Source: Promethearchaeota archaeon
Lineage (GTDB): Archaea; Asgardarchaeota; Lokiarchaeia; Sigyniarchaeales; SOKP01
DNA: 14,970 nt
Reading direction: 5' to 3'
Assembly: GCA_016839765.1 (NCBI GenBank)
Contig: JAEOTP010000060.1
Location: forward strand, 1-14,970
This document shows, in pieces, positions 1 to 6,078 of the stretch. Each line of letters opens with the position of its first letter. Position 1 is the first letter of the stretch. The notes under the pieces are model-generated. The model saw nothing but the letters and a program-made list of their open reading frames with translations, was not told the DNA's origin and ran no database searches. The translations under genes were made by a program, and so were the position numbers.

Positions 1-2
1 AT

Positions 3-236
3 TATTTTGATAAAGCATTAAAGGACAATCCCACCAACGGTGATATTCTCTATAATTGTGCCAGCATAGAAGCAATTAATAAGAATAATGAAAAAGCTTT
101 GGAATTTTTGGGAAAGGCAATTGAAGCAGATAAAAAATTTAAAAAATGGGCGAAAACCGATCAGTTTTTGAAAAATATTAAAGAACTGCCGGAATTCAAA
201 AAATTAATCGGAGAAAGCGAAGATCAAGACGAATAA
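3..236 (+). CDS. 3' end of a TPR-repeat protein (partial, starts before the window)
   Basis: Frame 3 is open from the window edge to TAA at 234-236: YFDKALKDNPTNGDILYNCASIEAINKNNEKALEFLGKAIEADKKFKKWAKTDQFLKNIKELPEFKKLIGESEDQDE*. It shows the TPR pattern (F-x-KAL-x-x-NP, YNxA, ALxxLxKAI) plus the 'A-x-x-D-x-F-x-x-I-x-x-x-PEF' capping segment typical of terminal TPR units. Not in the supplied ORF track because it lacks a start. Confidence 0.8.
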   Translation, partial: YFDKALKDNPTNGDILYNCASIEAINKNNEKALEFLGKAIEADKKFKKWAKTDQFLKNIKELPEFKKLIGESEDQDE

Positions 237-313
237 AATTAATTAAGCTGTAAAGTAATGCTTACCAATAATTTTAACTTCTTATTTGAATACATACTAC
301 AACAAACAAAAAA

Positions 314-322
314 TTTTTATAA
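314..322 (+). promoter_or_regulatory. Putative archaeal TATA box for the Rab-like gene
   Basis: TTTTTATAA preceded by an A-rich BRE-like stretch (CAAAAAA). A G-rich SD-like run (GGGGGG) lies ~9 nt before ATG 390. Confidence 0.35.
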
Positions 323-389
323 GTGAATTTTCTTTTTCATCACGGAATATAATTTTAAAATCTTAAATTAATACGGGGGGAATCTAACA

Positions 390-1178
390 ATGTCCAGCTC
401 ATTTAAAATAAAAGTTATAGCTGCTGGATGGGAACCAGCAAAAAAAGATTTCTTTCAAAAATGTAGCCAAAATCTAAATAGCTTCTTTAATAGCTGTTAT
501 ATAACTGTAGGAGTTGATATTAAAACAACATCTTATTCAAACGAGTATGGTGATCGTCTAACCATGAGTATTTGGGATATCAATAGTTCTGGAAGATTTC
601 GTTTCATTTATCCCACTTTTTTTAAAGGTGCTGCTGCGTGCTTTTTATTTTATGATATTTCGATTCCTCAAAGTTTTGAGCAATTAAATGATATGATGCA
701 ACATTTTAGATCTGATGCGAGACATGTTCCAATTTTCATTATTGCCTATAAATCTCATATTAAAGATAACATTAATTTTGAAGAGATTAATGATTTCGTC
801 GAGGCAAACGATATTACAGGTTTTTATCTTATTTCTGTTCGTAAAGTATTTAGAGCCTCCCAAATATTTGATGAAATAACCGCTCGAATATCTGAATATA
901 TTTTTTATCACAGAGCTGAGATACCAAAAATCTCTGATAATGAAAAGAGGCTCTATAAGAAATTTTTATCAGCATTTTCAAGATGTCCAATTTGCCTTGG
1001 TAAAAATCATAAAAGTAATTTAACTAGAGTCTTTTTCTCGAAAGATTCTCGTACGAAAAAATTGAAAGAAAATTTAATAGACTTATTGAATTTCTCTGAG
1101 AATTTTGACAATAATTACCTGAGTAAAATTAAGATAGGAATCCCTTGTTGTTCTTGTCATAATAAAATATTTTCTTAA
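390..1178 (+). CDS. Rab/Ras-like small GTPase-fold protein with degenerate G motifs, fused to a C-terminal CxxC...CCxC putative Zn-binding domain
   Basis: Rab-like scaffold: 'ITVGVDI' (G2/RabF1-like), 'LTMSIWDINSSGRFRFIYPTFFKGAAACFLFYDIS..SF' (cf. LQIWDTAGQERFRS...YYRGA.GALLVYDIT..SF) and 'VPIFIIAYKSH'. The C-terminus has CPIC and IGIPCCSC. Confidence 0.8.
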   Translation: MSSSFKIKVIAAGWEPAKKDFFQKCSQNLNSFFNSCYITVGVDIKTTSYSNEYGDRLTMSIWDINSSGRFRFIYPTFFKGAAACFLFYDISIPQSFEQLNDMMQHFRSDARHVPIFIIAYKSHIKDNINFEEINDFVEANDITGFYLISVRKVFRASQIFDEITARISEYIFYHRAEIPKISDNEKRLYKKFLSAFSRCPICLGKNHKSNLTRVFFSKDSRTKKLKENLIDLLNFSENFDNNYLSKIKIGIPCCSCHNKIFS

Positions 1179-1230
1179 ATAATGTAGAAATAAAATAAAT
1201 ATAATCTGTGAACTAAAAAAAAATTAAGGT

Positions 1231-1422
1231 TTATTTGATTTTCTTTCTAAGTATATAGGGATAATCAGCGATTAATTCAAATAACTCAGGATATTTGAGT
1301 TTCCATCCACGAGATTTGAGAATTTTTTTCTTTATTTTTTGTGTATGAAGAATTTTTCTACTGATTCGGTTTCGTGGATATTTTCGTTTTTTTCTTTTTT
1401 GCCTTTGATATATAATTGACAT
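1231..1422 (-). CDS. Small highly basic hypothetical protein (63 aa, 23 K+R)
   Basis: Occupies otherwise empty space convergent on the Rab-like gene. Upstream lie a GAGGTG SD-like sequence (1446-1451) and a TTTAAAAA TATA-like box (1460-1467) on the minus strand. No family recognised. Confidence 0.55.
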   Translation of the reverse strand: MSIIYQRQKRKKRKYPRNRISRKILHTQKIKKKILKSRGWKLKYPELFELIADYPYILRKKIK

Positions 1423-1451
1423 GCTAATCCGTCATCCGAATTAGCCACCTC
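1423..1451 (-). promoter_or_regulatory. SD-like GAGGTG followed directly by a 9-bp stem-loop that ends at the start codon
   Basis: Minus strand reads GAGGTG-GCTAATTCG-GATGA-CGGATTAGC-ATG: a 9-bp stem (one G.U pair) with a 5-nt loop. Confidence 0.55.
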
Positions 1452-1542
1452 ATATACTCTTTTTAAACTTTTTTCTTATTCTATTATTTAATTTTATTGG
1501 GTCTTGAATAGTAATTATATTACAAGCTTCTAATAAATAATG

Positions 1543-1995
1543 GATAAATAAATCCAACATAACTTTTCATAATACTTAGTAGTATTCCTATTATACTTGA
1601 AAATATTTTTCCGTGTTGGATTAATAATTTAATATCATCTATAATATTTAAATGTTATGATTAGTTAGGAGCAAGGCCTATACCTAAATATGACTAATAT
1701 TAAGATTCAATTGCCCACTATTTGTCATAAATCTCTAAAGAATTGCTCTATTGAGACACTAATTCCCATATCACAACTTAAGATTTTTGACTTAATGGAA
1801 TGTATTTTCAATGAGTGCTTAATGACCTACCCTTTAAGTGTTAAAAATTACTTAAAGAACCGTAAGTTAAAATCTCGTATACTTATTTTTCAAAGTAGCC
1901 TTCAAGGGCTACAGCTACATTATTGCCATTGGTATTGAAAAAATAGTTTGCATTTCATGGAAAATAGGTATTTTTTAGATAACAAAATCCAACAC
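1543..1995. repeat. Three copies of an AATCCAACA core: two direct (1543-1559, 1978-1994; 15/17 identical) and one inverted (1613-1622)
   Basis: GATAAATAAATCCAACA vs GATAACAAAATCCAACA. GTGTTGGATT at 1613-1622 is the exact reverse complement of AATCCAACAC at 1986-1995. Confidence 0.55.
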
Positions 1996-2194
1996 TTACT
2001 AAAATTAAAGTCTTAAATATATATTATTAGTAATAATGAGGAAAAACAAATTTAAATATTTACTTAAAATGATGTTGACTGCTTTTTAATGGGATAGTAT
2101 GAAGAAAGTAAGTCTTAAATAAAACAATCTCTTCATGTATTTTATACCTAAAGGTTAGATACTACTATAATTTAATAAAACAGAGGGAGAAAAA

Positions 2195-3175
2195 ATGAGA
2201 AAATGTTTTGTTATTAGTCCAATAGGAGAAGAAGGTTCAAAAGTGAGGCAGCATGCCGATGATGTTTTCGATTTCATAATAGAGCCAGCACTAAAACCAT
2301 TTGATATAGAACCGGTACGTTCAGATAAGATACATGAAACAGGAAAAATATCTACCCAAATTTATAATGCTATACAAACGCATGATTTATGTATTGTGGT
2401 TCTTTCGTTTGAAAATCCAAATGTATTTTATGAGCTTGCTGTTGCTCAATGTGCAGTTCGACCAGTAATTATCTTAATTGAAGAGGGAAATAGACTTCCA
2501 TTTGATATCCAAGACGAAAGGAGCGTATTTTATGATTTAAAAGCGAGGTCATATGTAGAGAGAACATACATTAATCGAATTATTGAAATAATTAGAATGT
2601 TGGAAGAAAATGACTATAAAGTTGAACCTAGTATTCCAGGTTTTAAACCTCTTGACGAAAAAGATATCACTCTTGATTTTCTTGGACAAACGCAAAATTA
2701 CGGAAGTCACGATGTTTGGAGTGATATCTATAAAAATACTAAAGAAAGATTTTATCTAATGGGTATCAATTTGGATGGGTGGAGGCGTGGTAAAGATTTT
2801 GAAAAACATATGCTTAATAAAGCTCATGAGGGATTGGATGTAAAGATTTTAATGATGCACGAGGAAAATTCTGCATTAGATCAGATGATGTATGAAAAAA
2901 CAGGAATTTCTATTGAAAAAGTAAGAAATGATATAAAATTTAATTATAACACATTTTCAGAAATAGCAGAAAAGTCCGAAAACATCGAAGTTAGACGCGT
3001 ATTAAACGGAACCATTAAATGCACTGCGGTTTTTAACGATTATTTTACTTTATACATGCCTCACCTTTATTCTCAAAAGGGTGGTTATATTCCGTTATGG
3101 AAAGCAGGAAGAAATTCGTATCTTTATAATTTGTTAATGGAAGAATTTGAAACATTATGGAATATAAATGAATAA
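2195..3175 (+). CDS. Nucleoside 2-deoxyribosyltransferase/TIR-like domain fused to a PLD-like (DUF5919-type) domain
   Basis: The N-terminal 'CFVISPIG...R..ADDV...IIEPAL....VRSD....G.I...I...I...DL.I..LS..NPNVFYELAVA.....PVI.......LPFDI...R...Y' is the NDT-like signature. The C-terminal 'FYLMGI...G.DVKILMM...S...IEVR...FND....MPHLY...G...P......LY.....EFETLW' fits the DUF5919/PLD-like fold. SD-like GAGGGAG upstream. Confidence 0.75.
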   Translation: MRKCFVISPIGEEGSKVRQHADDVFDFIIEPALKPFDIEPVRSDKIHETGKISTQIYNAIQTHDLCIVVLSFENPNVFYELAVAQCAVRPVIILIEEGNRLPFDIQDERSVFYDLKARSYVERTYINRIIEIIRMLEENDYKVEPSIPGFKPLDEKDITLDFLGQTQNYGSHDVWSDIYKNTKERFYLMGINLDGWRRGKDFEKHMLNKAHEGLDVKILMMHEENSALDQMMYEKTGISIEKVRNDIKFNYNTFSEIAEKSENIEVRRVLNGTIKCTAVFNDYFTLYMPHLYSQKGGYIPLWKAGRNSYLYNLLMEEFETLWNINE

Positions 3176-3398
3176 TAAGGGTTACAAAAAAAACCTCTAA
3201 AAATTCGGATCGGCTAAGCTGGTGCCAATCTCTGTTACTAAAATGTAATGTACTTATTAAAAAAATCAAGCGGATTTTAAAAATGAATCTTATAATTTAT
3301 AGCAAGGAAATTTTAAAATTAGGGAATCTTAATTGATATCATTGAAAGCAATTCTCCTAACTTTATAATTCTCTAATATAGTATTAATTATTTCAGAT

Positions 3399-4457
3399 TT
3401 GAAGAAAATGAACAGAAAAATAAACGTATTTATAAAATATATTGGTATTCTTATATTGTTACTTCTTCCGTTATTTGGACTAATTGGAGTTGTAATTAGC
3501 AGAACCAGTATTACTCCTAATGATCAATTTTTTGTAATAAATAAGGGGGAAATCCCAGATATTAATATAAATAACTGGACATTAACGATTGATGGACATG
3601 TTAATAATACTTTGAATTTTAATTATTCCAACTTTACTTCTCAGCCTTCACAAGAGGTTTTGGCAACACTCCAATGTGTCGAAGGACCTTCTGGTACAGC
3701 TTTATGGAAGGGGATTTCTATTAATAGTTTATTAGATTTAGCAGAATTAAAGGCTGGAGCTGTAGATATTGTTTTTTATGGTGCAGACGCGTATTCTTCC
3801 TCATTAACTATTGAAGAAGCAAGTGCAGATGATGTCCTTTTAGCATATGAAATGAATGGAGTACTTCTTCCTGTTGAACAAGGTTTTCCTGTTAGAGTGG
3901 TTGCCCCAAACCATCAAGGGTATAAATGGGTGAAATGGATCGTTAGAGTGGAGGTTGTAAACTATGATTATATCGGTTATTGGGAAAGTCGGGGATGGAG
4001 TGATGATGCTTCAATTACACCTCTCTCAGACTGGATTTGGCATGCCATGTTATTGTCGATTTCTTTACTTTTCGGAGGAGTTGCTATTATATCTGGTTTA
4101 AAAAGGTCTCCTATAACTAAATTTTTCCATGATCTTCCTAAATTTGTAAATAAAAAATTCCATATTGCTGTTGGTATTGGCTATTTTCTCACTTCTCTAA
4201 GTGTTTTCCTATATTGGATTATCTCCACGATCTTAAACAGAGGAACAGTATTTTATACTATTCATGGCATAACAGCTTTAATATCCATCAGTCTTGTTAT
4301 ACCGGGGACTATTACAGGCTTTAAAAAATCAAAAAAGAGGGATTCTAAAGAAAGAACTCTGCACTATAGGTTGAATCTCTATTCTTTTTATTTGTTTTTA
4401 TTAACAATTCTATTAGGATTTTCATTAATGTTTTTCAATCTTTTCCGTTTATATTAG
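3399..4457 (+). CDS. Sulfite-oxidase-family (MsrP/YedY/YuiH-like) molybdopterin oxidoreductase fused to a C-terminal four-TM cytochrome b561-like domain
   Basis: ITPNDQFF; WTLTIDGHV; TLQCVEG (Mo-ligand Cys); WKGI; YSSSL; LLAYEMNGVLLPVEQGFPVRVVAP..GYKWVKWI; GYWESRGW. Then four hydrophobic helices each starting with His. The true start may be ATG 3408 rather than TTG 3399. Confidence 0.88.
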   Translation: MKKMNRKINVFIKYIGILILLLLPLFGLIGVVISRTSITPNDQFFVINKGEIPDININNWTLTIDGHVNNTLNFNYSNFTSQPSQEVLATLQCVEGPSGTALWKGISINSLLDLAELKAGAVDIVFYGADAYSSSLTIEEASADDVLLAYEMNGVLLPVEQGFPVRVVAPNHQGYKWVKWIVRVEVVNYDYIGYWESRGWSDDASITPLSDWIWHAMLLSISLLFGGVAIISGLKRSPITKFFHDLPKFVNKKFHIAVGIGYFLTSLSVFLYWIISTILNRGTVFYTIHGITALISISLVIPGTITGFKKSKKRDSKERTLHYRLNLYSFYLFLLTILLGFSLMFFNLFRLY

Positions 4458-4479
4458 CTTTCTGAGTATAATATAGAAG

Positions 4480-4523
4480 CTTTAGATGTTTCGACGATTT
4501 AAAATTTAGAAACAAAACTAAAG
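4480..4523 (+). terminator. Imperfect stem-loop downstream of the molybdoenzyme gene (possible terminator)
   Basis: CTTTAG/CTAAAG and TGTTTC/GAAACA complementary arms starting ~23 nt after the stop codon. Confidence 0.25.
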
Positions 4524-4528
4524 AATTT

Positions 4529-4554
4529 ATTGTTCGTAATAATTGTTCATAATA
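4529..4554. repeat. Tandem 13-bp direct repeat upstream of the permease
   Basis: ATTGTTCGTAATA immediately followed by ATTGTTCATAATA (12/13 identical). Confidence 0.55.
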
Positions 4555-4597
4555 ATAAAGTACTCTTAGTCTCAACATTTGCAATTTCTAGTTCTTA

Positions 4598-5932
4598 GTG
4601 ATACTTTATATAATAGAAACCACTTCTTTTTATTTAATGACCTTACCTGCAGTAATATTAATCTTGGTTTTATTTGCAATTTTGATGGCTTTTTTTTCTC
4701 AATCTAAGATCGATTATTTTCCTATTGCATTAATCATAGGAGCCATCGCAGTAGTTTCAATGCTTACATTTACTACTGTTAGTGAGGAAGAAATTCTTGG
4801 ATTTATCGATTTTAACACGTTAATTTTCATATTTGCCATGCAGATAATCATCTATTTTGCCACATATAATCGAGTGATAGAATATATTGCGATTAAATTG
4901 ATTTTTATTACGAAAGGGAATAACCGGTTATTCTTCTATATGATTTGTTTGTTTACTGGCACTCTAGTTGCTTTTATTGAGGATTTAACCCTTTCCTTGA
5001 TATTAATTCCATTGATCTACAGGACATGCCGAATTTTAGATATCCCCGCTGGTACCTATATGATGGGGATGACTATTACTATAAACATCGGTGCAATACT
5101 AACGCCTGTCTCGAGCTTAAAGAACTTGATTATTGGGAAGGAATTTGGATGGGGTTTTGGTCAGTATCTTGCCAATATGGGTATTTTATTTATAATCACG
5201 CTAATATCCACTATTTTCTTGATGGATCGGTTCATACTAAAAAAAGAAGAAAAACCAACTGAAAAAAACAAGAAAATACTGTTATCAATAATCGAGCCGG
5301 AAATTGTGATCCTGAGTAGAAAGTACTTTATAACGACAATTATCATTATTCTTACCACTTTTGTGTTTATGATCTTAGGATTTGAACCTGCTCTTGTTAC
5401 GATCATATCTGCAGCTATTCTTCTTCTTATTCACTCGAAGAAAACTAAATTTTCGGATCTTAAAAACGAGATCTCGTGGAGAATCATCATTATTTTTGCG
5501 GTCTTGTTCATTCTTTCAAATTCTTTAGCACGATTAGGTTTTTCAGGGATGATCTCCACAGGTCTGGTAAACTTGGTAAATGATAACATTTACCTCGCCG
5601 TATTGATAACATTAAGCCTTTCTTCTCTCTTATCCGCATTTCTAGCGGGTACACCCGTTACCATCATCCTTCTTCCGATTTTTTCGGCACTCATAGGAGG
5701 AGGTTTCTTTCCTAACCCGATCATCATTGCTTTCATAAGTGGTGTTAATATGGCAGGTAATTTTTTACCACAAGGTTCAGCATGTGATCTTCTCACCCTT
5801 TCATTGGCAAAAAAATACAATGTGGTGAATTTAAATTACAAGCGTTTGCTAAAAAATGGCGCCCTTTTTGCAACGATTCACTTCATCATTATATTGGGAT
5901 ATACAATGATTTACACTTTAATTTTAAGTTAA
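4598..5932 (+). CDS. SLC13/ArsB/NhaD (ion transporter superfamily) permease
   Basis: About 11-12 hydrophobic segments with 'IDFNTLIFIFAM', 'LVAFIED...LILIP', 'INIGAILTPVSSLKNLII', 'ISWRIIIIFAVLFILSNSLARLG' and 'GVNMAGNFLPQGSACDLL', variants of the IT-family N-x-GG-x-x-TP-x-G-x-x-x-N motifs. The start may be ATG 4637 rather than GTG 4598. Confidence 0.85.
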   Translation: MILYIIETTSFYLMTLPAVILILVLFAILMAFFSQSKIDYFPIALIIGAIAVVSMLTFTTVSEEEILGFIDFNTLIFIFAMQIIIYFATYNRVIEYIAIKLIFITKGNNRLFFYMICLFTGTLVAFIEDLTLSLILIPLIYRTCRILDIPAGTYMMGMTITINIGAILTPVSSLKNLIIGKEFGWGFGQYLANMGILFIITLISTIFLMDRFILKKEEKPTEKNKKILLSIIEPEIVILSRKYFITTIIIILTTFVFMILGFEPALVTIISAAILLLIHSKKTKFSDLKNEISWRIIIIFAVLFILSNSLARLGFSGMISTGLVNLVNDNIYLAVLITLSLSSLLSAFLAGTPVTIILLPIFSALIGGGFFPNPIIIAFISGVNMAGNFLPQGSACDLLTLSLAKKYNVVNLNYKRLLKNGALFATIHFIIILGYTMIYTLILS

Positions 5933-6078
5933 GAGATTTAATTCAGTGTGGAAGAACATTCTATCTAAATATATCTTCCTTTCTATTACAAAAAAATAAA
6001 TTTATGAAAAGTTTTTTAATATTTAAGAAAGAAGAATTAATAGGTAGATTCCAAAAATAAAATATCATAAAATTCTTT

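Noticed and set aside
684-911. Antisense 75-aa ORF
   Set aside because: Lies entirely within the Rab-like gene on the opposite strand; no motifs.
1690-1938. 82-aa plus-strand ORF in the intergenic gap
   Set aside because: No recognisable motif or clear SD, and composition unlike neighbouring genes; cannot be supported as a CDS, though not strictly excluded.
1770-2120. Frequent CTTAA pentamers and a duplicated AAGTCTTAAATA (about 2008 and 2110)
   Set aside because: Irregular spacing in very AT-rich DNA; not a CRISPR array or iteron set, and may be chance or duplicated promoter elements.
3045-3269. Antisense 74-aa ORF
   Set aside because: Overlaps the 3' end of the NDT-like gene; no supporting features.
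3319-3360. Imperfect hairpin (TTAGGGAAT...ATTCTCCTAA) upstream of the molybdoenzyme, considered as a Moco riboswitch or SECIS
   Set aside because: Too short and lacks the multi-stem Moco motif; no in-frame TGA in the flanking genes that would need a SECIS.
5026-5820. Three short ORFs (5026-5262 +, 5161-5406 -, 5590-5820 -)
   Set aside because: Shadow ORFs inside the well-supported permease gene.
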